A stretch of DNA of 38,565 nucleotides from a virus (Duplodnaviria; Caudoviricetes): IMG/VR virus record IMGVR_UViG_3300022200_000140, positions 1 through 38,565 of that record; one strand, given 5' to 3'. The translations under genes and the position numbers were made by a program. The notes beneath the pieces are model-generated. The model searched no databases, was not told where the DNA came from, and saw only the letters and a program-made list of their open reading frames with translations. Every line of letters begins with the position of its first letter. Position 1 is the first letter of the stretch. This document shows, piece after piece, positions 17,746-25,283 of this stretch.

Positions 17746-17897
17746 TACTCTTCCCCATCCTCAATCTTTTCTACAAGGATACTTATTTGGTATCCATGAT
17801 CCTGCATTTTAAGCTCGGTACTAATCCCGTTTGCAGCGATTAATGAATTTAATTGGTTGTGGACTACTGTGCTAAAATCTACTTCTGTGCTTCTCAT
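17745..17897 (-). CDS. Small hypothetical protein, 50 aa, not in the ORF track
   Basis: AAAGGA RBS, MRSTEVDFSTVVHNQLNSLIAANG..., fills the gap between genes. Confidence 0.55.
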   Translation of the reverse strand: MRSTEVDFSTVVHNQLNSLIAANGISTELKMQDHGYQISILVEKIEDGEE

Positions 17898-17912
17898 TTT
17901 GTTCCTTTAAGT

Positions 17913-18113
17913 TTAATCGTTTAAATACTCATTCAATTTATCCCAAACAAGGGTGTATGCTTCTACTTCCTTTTCACTTTCACTATATTTTAATACCTTC
18001 CTAAACACTTCATCATATATGTTATCCAGTTTGACACCATTACTAATGGCGTTGGATAGGTGTTTAAGATCTTCCTCTGTTTCTGGGTAGTAAGTTAGTT
18101 TTGTTTTCATCAT
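17913..18113 (-). CDS. Hypothetical protein
   Basis: 66-aa ORF packed against the amidase gene. Confidence 0.6.
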   Translation of the reverse strand: MMKTKLTYYPETEEDLKHLSNAISNGVKLDNIYDEVFRKVLKYSESEKEVEAYTLVWDKLNEYLND

Positions 18114-18114
18114 T

Positions 18115-18546
18115 TCAATTCACGCGGAAATTTGGACATGTCTTCCCATGCTTATCAAAGTAGTAATGGCCAAAAACACCACCTTCATCAATCCCATGGT
18201 CTTCTTCTATATGATCCAGGAGTACGAATAAAGCTCTAAACTGCTTCAAGGAGAACTTTGTATCACCTGTAAGGCATATTCCTATTGAATCCTGGTTATG
18301 ACCGTAACAATGGGCACCCTGGTAATGAATTGGTCTACCAAAATGAGTCTTCCCGTCCCTCGTAATGATGAAGTGATAACCGATGGCACTAAAACCACGA
18401 CCATAAATCATTTTATCGTTCCACATAACGAGTTTATCTTTAGGTTCAGTATGTAATAACCTAATCCTCTCAACATCATCATCAAAAACATGGTTACTTG
18501 CGCTGCAATGAATTATCACCTTATTAATCTTCTCCATTTTGTTCAT
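18115..18546 (-). CDS. N-acetylmuramoyl-L-alanine amidase (Amidase_2, T7 lysozyme-like endolysin)
   Basis: IIHCSA, IGYHFII, GR, GAHCYGHN.DSIGICL.G, GH, KTCPNF zinc-amidase motifs. Confidence 0.92.
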   Translation of the reverse strand: MNKMEKINKVIIHCSASNHVFDDDVERIRLLHTEPKDKLVMWNDKMIYGRGFSAIGYHFIITRDGKTHFGRPIHYQGAHCYGHNQDSIGICLTGDTKFSLKQFRALFVLLDHIEEDHGIDEGGVFGHYYFDKHGKTCPNFRVN

Positions 18547-18657
18547 TCAATATCTCCATTGTAATATATACCCCAGTAAATAAGCCGCCGCCGCCATCAC
18601 AAACAATTGTTGAAATGGTTTGAGGACCTTCATCATTTTATAATAAATTAACTTCAT
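18547..18657 (-). CDS. Small single-TM protein, 36 aa
   Basis: MKLIYYKMMKVLKPFQQLFVMAAAAYLLGYILQWRY. ATGA-coupled to the upstream ORF, and its stop abuts the amidase ATG. Confidence 0.45.
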   Translation of the reverse strand: MKLIYYKMMKVLKPFQQLFVMAAAAYLLGYILQWRY

Positions 18658-18743
18658 TTGTTTAATCGACCAACTGCTTTAAAGAAGGCCAAAACTATTA
18701 TTGTTCCTATCACCCAATAAGCTATTACACATTTTAGTATCAT
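18654..18743 (-). CDS. Small single-TM protein, 29 aa
   Basis: AGGAGAG RBS, MILKCVIAYWVIGTIIVLAFFKAVGRLNK. Confidence 0.5.
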   Translation of the reverse strand: MILKCVIAYWVIGTIIVLAFFKAVGRLNK

Positions 18744-18843
18744 GGCTTCTCTCTCTCCTGATATTACGTACACCTTATCTGGTGTTATTCGAATTTGTCT
18801 GGTTTTGTAACTAATATATACACTGCAATGCAAAAACGGTATC

Positions 18844-19032
18844 TTATAACCTAGTGATTAAAAAATGGTGCAACCTTGTAACGGTTTTTCTCAAAAATTT
18901 ACCTTGTTGCAAACCGACTAACTGAGTCGTAACTAAACTTGATTTAAGCAGTACACCTGATGATACGTTAACATTATTTAATGATGTGATGGTAGAAGTA
19001 GTTGAATGTAAATTTGATACTAAATTTGACAT
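18844..19032 (-). CDS. Hypothetical Ser/Thr-rich protein
   Basis: AGGAG RBS directly downstream of the Cro-like gene. Confidence 0.45.
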   Translation of the reverse strand: MSNLVSNLHSTTSTITSLNNVNVSSGVLLKSSLVTTQLVGLQQGKFLRKTVTRLHHFLITRL

Positions 19033-19044
19033 GTTCTAAGTCTC

Positions 19045-19287
19045 CTACAATACATTCCAAGATGCAAGTTTATCTTTATCAATTTTTTTAATTTTATATT
19101 TAGTTGGTACTAGATCTTCAAATGAAATTTCTCCATTTGTTCTAAGGGTTATTTGATATGCTATCAGTAATCCTGGAGTTGCATCTCGATATATATATTT
19201 TTCTATAGTTGAGGCAGAAGTCCCCATCGCAATTGAGAATTGCTTGATACTAATTGAATGTTTCTTTAAGTATTGTTTTATGTTCAT
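19045..19287 (-). CDS. Cro-like XRE helix-turn-helix protein
   Basis: MNIKQYLKKHSISIKQFSIAMGTSASTIEKY...P......I...T.GE.S..DL, a typical Cro/YdaS-like pattern. Confidence 0.8.
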   Translation of the reverse strand: MNIKQYLKKHSISIKQFSIAMGTSASTIEKYIYRDATPGLLIAYQITLRTNGEISFEDLVPTKYKIKKIDKDKLASWNVL

Positions 19288-19300
19288 AATATATATCCTT

Positions 19301-19334
19301 TTTACTTCGTAGCCGTCCTATCATACACTGTCAA
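19301..19334. promoter_or_regulatory. Overlapping divergent sigma70-like promoters
   Basis: Plus strand TTTACT-17-TACACT (19301-19329). Minus strand TTGACA-17-TACGAA (starting at 19334). Confidence 0.55.
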
Positions 19335-19335
19335 C

Positions 19336-19743
19336 ATGTTTGATAATATCCCGGAAAATAATTCGTATAGTTATATAGATCGAAAAGATTTAACTGCAAT
19401 CCGTACTGGACTAAGGCAAGCTTTTATAAGATCTAAATATCGTGCTGAATTTATGCGTACGAAGCGAGTGGAGACTGTGCAGTATAAGAAGAATGGTGAT
19501 GCGGCCAAACGGCCTATGGTTAGGTATCAGTGCGTGAAGTGTAGTGGTATGTTTGCTGGTGATAAGATAAATATAGATCATATTAAAAAGGTGGGTAGTT
19601 TTATAAGTATATTCGATATCGAGAACTTCTTTTTTAGAATTTGGTGCGACTTCTATAATTTACAGATATTATGTAAGACATGTCATGATGGTAAAACAAA
19701 GAGAGAACGCCGATGCGACGCCCTCTCAAAGAAGTATCTATGA
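19336..19743 (+). CDS. HNH endonuclease with CxxC zinc fingers
   Basis: YQCVKC, INIDHI, NLQILCKTCHDGKT. ATG 19336 avoids overlap with the divergent cro-like gene. Confidence 0.85.
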   Translation: MFDNIPENNSYSYIDRKDLTAIRTGLRQAFIRSKYRAEFMRTKRVETVQYKKNGDAAKRPMVRYQCVKCSGMFAGDKINIDHIKKVGSFISIFDIENFFFRIWCDFYNLQILCKTCHDGKTKRERRCDALSKKYL

Positions 19744-19780
19744 TGATATTACTCCCTAGGAACTCATTCTATTCGTTTGA

Positions 19781-20242
19781 TTAATACATTTTACCGTTTT
19801 CTTTAAATTCATAGTCATTTGCTTCGCATAAATCACTTAAATAATCGTCTTTTAACATTGACTCATATTCATCATGGATATCTTTTAGGTAACAATTTAG
19901 GGCCGTATCCAAACATCCAAACTTATTTAAGTGATATATTAAGTCATCATCGTAATAAACTCCGGTTAAAGAGCAGTCCACCAACTTAAATGACTCCAAA
20001 AACAATACTTGGTTAAAGTCTTTAATGGTTATAAACTCCCCACGATCGGGAACGCACGATATCGAATAATCTAAATGACCTCCGATATAAGCAGCATAAA
20101 TTTTTAAGGTATCTACTCTTTCCTGTAAACAATGGTCATATAAGAAGCTATAGCTGGCAAAATCTTCTCTTATTTTATCTCTTAATTCTGGGCCAGCTTC
20201 ACTGAATTTATATACTTTAAATGATTCGGTTATAATTCTCAT
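19781..20242 (-). CDS. Acidic phage early protein (KVYKFSE...CEANDYEF.ENG family)
   Basis: Recognisable terminal motifs of a widespread phage/plasmid family of unknown function. D/E/Y-rich C-terminal half. Confidence 0.65.
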   Translation of the reverse strand: MRIITESFKVYKFSEAGPELRDKIREDFASYSFLYDHCLQERVDTLKIYAAYIGGHLDYSISCVPDRGEFITIKDFNQVLFLESFKLVDCSLTGVYYDDDLIYHLNKFGCLDTALNCYLKDIHDEYESMLKDDYLSDLCEANDYEFKENGKMY

Positions 20243-20505
20243 TGTTTATAGTCCTTTTCGTTAAATAGTACGTACTCACTGCACCCATGATTGAAGATTA
20301 TTTTAATCTCATCTTTCTTTTCGTAATCGAGTAGGACTGTTTCATACTTTTGTTGCTTTAGTAGTTTGAATAGGGCCTTAACCTTAGGTACATTTGAGTA
20401 AAACCGTTCCCCTAGTATTGAAATATATAAAGAGTCAGTGGGTTTTGGTCGTTTATATAAGTTTAATTCAGTTACCACTTTGTTTACTTCAATTGATTTG
20501 ATCAT
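20239..20505 (-). CDS. Hypothetical protein
   Basis: 88-aa ORF in a coupled early operon. Confidence 0.6.
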   Translation of the reverse strand: MIKSIEVNKVVTELNLYKRPKPTDSLYISILGERFYSNVPKVKALFKLLKQQKYETVLLDYEKKDEIKIIFNHGCSEYVLFNEKDYKQ

Positions 20506-20688
20506 TTAGTACTTCCCAACTTCATCAATATTGATATCGTTCATATCACAAATATGCTCAAGCATGGATTGTGCTTCATCCCACGACATCCCCACCACGA
20601 TCTCTTTTAACAGTGATTCAGGTGTAAAATACCCAGTACCTTGAAGGTCCAGCAATTTAGTTCTTGAGTCCTCACTTGATTTACTCAT
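20506..20688 (-). CDS. Small acidic hypothetical protein
   Basis: GAGG RBS, ATGA-coupled, 60 aa. Confidence 0.6.
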   Translation of the reverse strand: MSKSSEDSRTKLLDLQGTGYFTPESLLKEIVVGMSWDEAQSMLEHICDMNDINIDEVGKY

Positions 20689-20948
20689 TGAAACCTCGCT
20701 TTACAGGCATCTTTAAGATCTGTGTAAGTATCATCACCAAAATTCACGTCCTCAATATAGTACGTATCTGTTACCGGATTGATATAGCGATCGTTGACTG
20801 TAGTAATACACTTATCAATATCCGCATCACCATCACCGTAAAAATAGGTGGTATTGAATTGAATATCAGGTATTGATGCTGCGTCCAGGTTTGCGGATGC
20901 TGCAAAAATATTGGTGGTTATAAGTAAAAGTAATATCATTGTTTTCAT
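20685..20948 (-). CDS. Small secreted protein (signal peptide, 2 Cys)
   Basis: AAAGGA RBS before ATG 20948, MKTMILLLLITTNIFA|A. Confidence 0.7.
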   Translation of the reverse strand: MKTMILLLLITTNIFAASANLDAASIPDIQFNTTYFYGDGDADIDKCITTVNDRYINPVTDTYYIEDVNFGDDTYTDLKDACKARFQ

Positions 20949-20967
20949 ATTGGTGGTTCCTTTAAAG

Positions 20968-20993
20968 TAAAAATAAAGGGGACTCACGCCCCC
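20968..20993 (-). terminator. Intrinsic terminator
   Basis: Minus strand GGGGC-GTGA-GTCCC(C) hairpin followed by TTTATTTTT. Confidence 0.7.
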
Positions 20994-20998
20994 ATTGA

Positions 20999-21268
20999 TT
21001 ATTTAGACTCGTTAAGTAGTTTCTCATATCTCTTTTTAGCGGTGGCCAACTTCATAGCGTTTACTTCAGATTTAGGCATTATCCGTTTGGTGATGGTACA
21101 TTGAACTGCTAGCGCGTCTTGTATCTTTTGCGATACTGATACACCGTCGTCAGCATATGCGGTCTTCGCACCTTCTTTTTTAAGGCTTAAAGTTAATTTA
21201 CAAGCTGCAAATGATGAAGTTGTGATCGTAAGTAGTGCGATTGTTGCGATTGTTGCGATTGTTTTCAT
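20999..21268 (-). CDS. Small secreted basic protein (signal peptide, 2 Cys)
   Basis: MKTIATIATIALLTITTSSFA|A with an AGGA RBS. Confidence 0.7.
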   Translation of the reverse strand: MKTIATIATIALLTITTSSFAACKLTLSLKKEGAKTAYADDGVSVSQKIQDALAVQCTITKRIMPKSEVNAMKLATAKKRYEKLLNESK

Positions 21269-21310
21269 TGTTATACTTCCTAGGTATTAAGGCATTATTA
21301 CCTTATTTAT

Positions 21311-21496
21311 TTATTTAGTCTTTTCAAGTAGTATTAAGGAACCGTACTCGTATAGTACATTATCAAATAACTCGCACGTATCTTCAAAGTTAAGGTCTTT
21401 ATAGTCGTAATCTCTCTCGATTACTTCAATTGTCTTATTTATAACCTTGTCACTGACGTCACATACAAGTTTGATATTTTCAAAACATAACCACAT
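21311..21496 (-). CDS. Small acidic protein, first gene of the leftward early operon
   Basis: AAAGGAG RBS directly downstream of a strong promoter. Confidence 0.65.
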   Translation of the reverse strand: MWLCFENIKLVCDVSDKVINKTIEVIERDYDYKDLNFEDTCELFDNVLYEYGSLILLEKTK

Positions 21497-21527
21497 GTTA
21501 AACTCCTTTAAGGTGTTGTCTGAAAGT

Positions 21528-21556
21528 AGTATAGCGTATAATCGGGCGTATTACAA
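21528..21556 (-). promoter_or_regulatory. Strong sigma70-like early promoter
   Basis: TTGTAA-17 bp-TATACT on the minus strand. The -35 is overlapped by the inverted repeat tattaca...tgtaata. Confidence 0.65.
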
Positions 21557-21597
21557 CGCCTTGTGTAATATTTACATGTGGTGTTATAAAAATAAAA

Positions 21598-21891
21598 ATG
21601 TTTATATATAGAGTAAATGAGGAGTTTATTATCAAGTATGATTCTTTAAAGAGTATGGACAAGGCTTTGACTAATAAGAAGTCCCAGTTGAAGGCGCGAA
21701 TTATACATTTAATTATAAGAGGGTGGACTGATGGGGCCATTTGCGTTGAGGTGGGGTTAAACTACCACTTGTACCGTTACTATCTGACGAATATTAATAA
21801 AGGATTGCGTATACAACTATCACATGCACGTAGGTACAGGCGTACTTATAAGAAGGAACAGGAGCTACGTAAGATAAAGCGCAGGTTATGA
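21598..21891 (+). CDS. Basic protein with LuxR/sigma-region-4-like HTH (putative regulator)
   Basis: RIIHLIIRGWTDGAICVEVGLNYHLYRYYLTNINKGL fits a 'G.T...I...VG......Y...I...L' HTH, with an Arg/Lys-rich tail. Confidence 0.5.
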   Translation: MFIYRVNEEFIIKYDSLKSMDKALTNKKSQLKARIIHLIIRGWTDGAICVEVGLNYHLYRYYLTNINKGLRIQLSHARRYRRTYKKEQELRKIKRRL

Positions 21892-21921
21892 CGTACCATG
21901 CGACGTACCCGTACTATACAC

Positions 21922-22085
21922 ACGCGCGATGGCACATGTTCTACGTGGAACATACACGCACGCGCGTGATAACTACACATGAGTGACACAATACGCGCGC
22001 CCGATGACACGAGGGATAATGTAGGCAACACGCGCGCGCGATAACACTACGGGGATGCTTAATCTCAACGCGCGTATATAAGCAC
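21922..22085. repeat. Five spaced ACGCGCG-core repeats
   Basis: ACGCGCG occurs at 21922, 21960, 21993, 22030 and 22068 (spacing 38, 33, 37, 38). Most copies are followed by a GATRRCAC-like tail. Confidence 0.8.
21937..21952. promoter_or_regulatory. parS-like palindrome
   Basis: TGTTCTACGTGGAACA is one mismatch from the perfect palindrome TGTTCCACGTGGAACA, a common bacterial parS variant. Confidence 0.65.
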
Positions 22086-22125
22086 CCGGCACCCCAAAGT
22101 TGCGTGTCTATTTGTTGGAGTGCCG

Positions 22126-22245
22126 ACCCCAACACAGACAATGTAGAATTTAAGATATCTGATTGACACAGAGAGTTAGTGTGTAGTTCCTACCCCAACA
22201 CAGACAATGTAGAATTTAAGATATCTGATTGACACAGAGAGTTAG
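22126..22245. repeat. 54-bp perfect direct repeat x2 (22126-22179 and 22192-22245)
   Basis: accccaacacagacaatgtagaatttaagatatctgattgacacagagagttag occurs twice with a 12-bp gap. Confidence 0.93.
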
Positions 22246-22314
22246 ATGTAGTGGAGTTAGTAAGGCAATTTTATGTATTCGCTCCATTTGTTCTAAAGGG
22301 TTTGGTCTTTTAGG

Positions 22315-22343
22315 TTGCAAAAGTGTAAATGGGTTCCTATATT
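22315..22343 (+). promoter_or_regulatory. Sigma70-like promoter for the packaging/structural operon
   Basis: TTGCAA-17 bp-TATATT ending 10 bp before the terS ATG. Confidence 0.55.
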
Positions 22344-22353
22344 GGAATAAGGT

Positions 22354-22863
22354 ATGAGCAACAATCAATTAGTCGTAGACAAAAAGTTAGAGAGAATCGC
22401 GGTAGACGTACTTGATATGATCGCTGGTGGCGCAGATGAGCAGACTGTATGTGATCATTTTAAAGTTAAACGTGGAACATTCGTTCAGTGGATTATCCAA
22501 TATCCCCAATTTGAAAGTGCAGTAAAAGAAGCTAGAAAGCAGAGAGCTGATTCATTCAGGTCGATCATCCAGGATAGAATGTATGCTGATGAATTGGATG
22601 AAGATGATACGCCTACCGGTAAGAAGGTAATGCGTACTCTATATAAGGACGAAGTTCCTGGTGAGAAGTTAATCTTTGAGAAGTTGAAGTGGTTAGCTGA
22701 GATGGACAACCCTGAGAAGTACGGTACTAAAGTTAAACACGAAGGTGGTAATGTGATGCCAGTACAGATTGTGGTAGACACTGGTATCAAACAAGGACCC
22801 ACTACACCAGATGTTGTGGTTACTGAGAAAGTTGACGTTAAGTCTCCCATAGACTTATTATAA
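22354..22863 (+). CDS. terS: Terminase small subunit
   Basis: N-terminal HTH (IAGG.....VCDHFKV.RGTFVQWI), F......AR...AD, LKWLA...NPEKYG.K motif. Lies upstream of terL. Confidence 0.85.
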   Translation: MSNNQLVVDKKLERIAVDVLDMIAGGADEQTVCDHFKVKRGTFVQWIIQYPQFESAVKEARKQRADSFRSIIQDRMYADELDEDDTPTGKKVMRTLYKDEVPGEKLIFEKLKWLAEMDNPEKYGTKVKHEGGNVMPVQIVVDTGIKQGPTTPDVVVTEKVDVKSPIDLL

Positions 22864-22891
22864 ATAATTACACATTAAATAAGGAGCAAGT

Positions 22892-23383
22892 ATGACAGAT
22901 GTAACTGGGAAATCAGGAGTAGGTAAACGTGTACTAGATGATCATGGTAATTGGAGACCAGTAACTTCATTATCAAAAGAAATCCAAGATGAAATTAAAG
23001 TAGGTCAAAAAGCTGCTGCTGAACAATTCAGAGAGAAAGCATTAAGACATAATAAAGAATACCAAGACCACAAGGCTAAAGAATCTGAAGCTGGACTTAA
23101 GTCTGAGAATGATGATCTTAAAGCTATTATTAAAGAACAAGGTGAAATGTTAGCGAAAATTAACGCTAAGATGGAACTAGGTGCTACCGTTGCAAAAGAA
23201 GAAGTAGTTGTTGAAGGACCAAAAGTAGTTGTTGATATCCAACCAAAACCTTTAACTCCTAAGAAGAAACTTCAATTGGAAGCGGAAGATCTAGGTGTAG
23301 ACTTTGAAGAAATCACTACTATAGCGGAGCTCAAAGAACTTATCGAAGAAGCTAAAACAGAAGATGCTTTAAAAGACCTATAG
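22892..23383 (+). CDS. Hypothetical coiled-coil protein with C-terminal HeH/LEM-like motif
   Basis: AAGGAG RBS and a C-terminal 'LQLEAEDLGVDF......AELKELI'. Confidence 0.7.
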   Translation: MTDVTGKSGVGKRVLDDHGNWRPVTSLSKEIQDEIKVGQKAAAEQFREKALRHNKEYQDHKAKESEAGLKSENDDLKAIIKEQGEMLAKINAKMELGATVAKEEVVVEGPKVVVDIQPKPLTPKKKLQLEAEDLGVDFEEITTIAELKELIEEAKTEDALKDL

Positions 23384-23386
23384 TAA

Positions 23387-24829
23387 ATGTCTTGGTTAGG
23401 GAAGTATTCAGCGGATAAGGAATTGATGGACAATGGTCCAGAGATTTCTAGCATGGAACTTCCCTACAACCGGGAATTAAAGAAAGAGATTAAGAAGGTA
23501 TCCACTGGGTACATTCCAAGGCCATTACAAGCGGTCATCCATTCGCGATTAAAACGATTCAATGTTCTCGTTTGTCATCGTAGGTTTGGTAAAACTCTCC
23601 TAGTTATCAATGAGACGATTAACAAGGGGATAGCTAATCAAAAACATAATCCTCAATATGCCTACATAGCCCCAACCTACAAACAGGCGAAGATGATCGC
23701 CTGGGAATATATTGTAGATTCCACTTCAGAAATACCAGGAGTGAAAGTAAATAAGTCTGAATTGTCGGTCGAGATACTACGGGAAGGGATTAAGAACTCT
23801 TCAGGCGGTTGGGCCAAGAAACCAGACAAGATAAAGTTCATGCTTCTCGGGGCAGAGAACCCAGATTCAATTCGTGGTATTTACCTAGATGGTGCTGTCC
23901 TTGATGAGTACGCTCAATGTGATCCTGTTATTTGGGGTGAGATTGTTAGACCGGCTTTAGCAGATCGTAAGGGTTGGGCCATATTCATCGGTACACCAAA
24001 AGGACAGAATCATTTTTATAGACGGCTTGAGAAAGCTGACTCTTTACCAGAAACTTGGTTCACCGCTATTTATAAAGCATCAGAAACCGGAGTACTTCCT
24101 CAAGACGAATTAGAAGATATGATGTCTGATATGGAACCGGAAGAAATAGAGCAAGAACTTGAATGCTCCTTCCATGCTGCCGTTAGGGGATCGTACTACG
24201 GTGAAGCCCTACGTGAAATGGAAGATGGGGACGGTGATCAAATCGGTTATGTTCCATGGAATCCAAGATATCCTGTCGATACACATTGGGATATTGGTAT
24301 TGGGGATTCGTGTGGGATTGTATTCCGTCAAAAAGTCCACGGTATTTGGCACTACATAGATTATATAGAATCGAATGGTAAAGGTGTCGATTGGTTCATT
24401 AAAGAACTTGAACGGAAACCGTACTCTTATGGTCGACATGTTTGGCCCCATGATGGGAAGAATAGGGATTTTATCACTGGTCAAACTAGACTTGAAGTAG
24501 TTAGGGAATTAAAACCTGGCTGGGAGTGGGAAGTTCAAACCAAACAATCGGTCGATGATGGTATCCAAGCAGTACGTACTCGGTTGAAAACATCTAGGTT
24601 TGATGCTCAAAAATGTGCTAGGCTTCTTGACTGTCTTAAGAACTATCAACGAGAATGGGATTCAAAATTAATGTTATTCCGGAATAAGCCAAAACATGAT
24701 TGGGCTTCTCACGGGGCAGATGCTTTTAGGTACGATGCCTTAGATGACAAAGATACTAAGGAATTGAAGATGCGTAGGGATAACTTGCCACGCACAGCCA
24801 ATAGCGATTATAATGAATTAGAGTATTGA
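23387..24829 (+). CDS. terL: Terminase large subunit
   Basis: PRPLQ, VCHRRFGKT Walker A, APTYKQAK, RGIYLDGAVLDE, IGTPKG, WDIG..D nuclease motif, HDWASHGADAFRY. Confidence 0.96.
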   Translation: MSWLGKYSADKELMDNGPEISSMELPYNRELKKEIKKVSTGYIPRPLQAVIHSRLKRFNVLVCHRRFGKTLLVINETINKGIANQKHNPQYAYIAPTYKQAKMIAWEYIVDSTSEIPGVKVNKSELSVEILREGIKNSSGGWAKKPDKIKFMLLGAENPDSIRGIYLDGAVLDEYAQCDPVIWGEIVRPALADRKGWAIFIGTPKGQNHFYRRLEKADSLPETWFTAIYKASETGVLPQDELEDMMSDMEPEEIEQELECSFHAAVRGSYYGEALREMEDGDGDQIGYVPWNPRYPVDTHWDIGIGDSCGIVFRQKVHGIWHYIDYIESNGKGVDWFIKELERKPYSYGRHVWPHDGKNRDFITGQTRLEVVRELKPGWEWEVQTKQSVDDGIQAVRTRLKTSRFDAQKCARLLDCLKNYQREWDSKLMLFRNKPKHDWASHGADAFRYDALDDKDTKELKMRRDNLPRTANSDYNELEY

Positions 24830-24848
24830 CTTTAGAAAAGGATTGTAT

Positions 24849-25283
24849 ATGGGTTTGGGTAGTTTTTTTGGTGGTAAGGATATTGATTTACTAGGAAGTA
24901 ACAAGGGGAAAAACGACTTTTTCGCCAAACCTTTTGGGGTTGGTTCAGGAAGTGCGAGTGAGTTTTTCAGTCCTACGAACAGAGATGTAGGTGCCGCTAG
25001 ACATACATTCACTGGTTTTGATCCAAAGGAATTGGCAAACTTCCAAAAAGCTGCGGGTGGGATAGCTTCATCAAAGAAAAGAGTTGATGTTGATAGCCTG
25101 GCACCTAAAGAAAAATCACTAAGCGTAACCACACAAGAATTTAATAGACAATTAAGGGAGGGCAAAACTCTCTCAGTAACAGAAGATCAAATGAAGGGAT
25201 TCGTATCTGCTTTTACTCTTAGACAAGATGAAGTTTTTGGTAAACGAGCAAAACCAGGATTATCCCAAACAAGGCTAGTGTAA
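24849..25283 (+). CDS. Hypothetical (probable virion) protein upstream of portal
   Basis: AAAGGA RBS, Gly-rich N-terminus MGLGSFFGG, TAATG-coupled to the portal gene. Confidence 0.65.
   Translation: MGLGSFFGGKDIDLLGSNKGKNDFFAKPFGVGSGSASEFFSPTNRDVGAARHTFTGFDPKELANFQKAAGGIASSKKRVDVDSLAPKEKSLSVTTQEFNRQLREGKTLSVTEDQMKGFVSAFTLRQDEVFGKRAKPGLSQTRLV

Noticed and set aside
17740-17750. Stop-codon readthrough or alternative genetic code linking the 50-aa ORF to the in-frame HNH
   Set aside because: Two consecutive stops (TAG TGA) are present, and TAA, TAG and TGA all end genes normally elsewhere in the window.
21846-22141. Two short minus-strand ORFs (61 and 66 aa)
   Set aside because: They are Arg/Cys/Val-rich translations of the CG repeats with no RBS. 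The region is better explained as non-coding.
22126-22245. Possible mini-CRISPR array
   Set aside because: Only two copies, a 54-bp repeat with a 12-bp spacer, and no cas genes.
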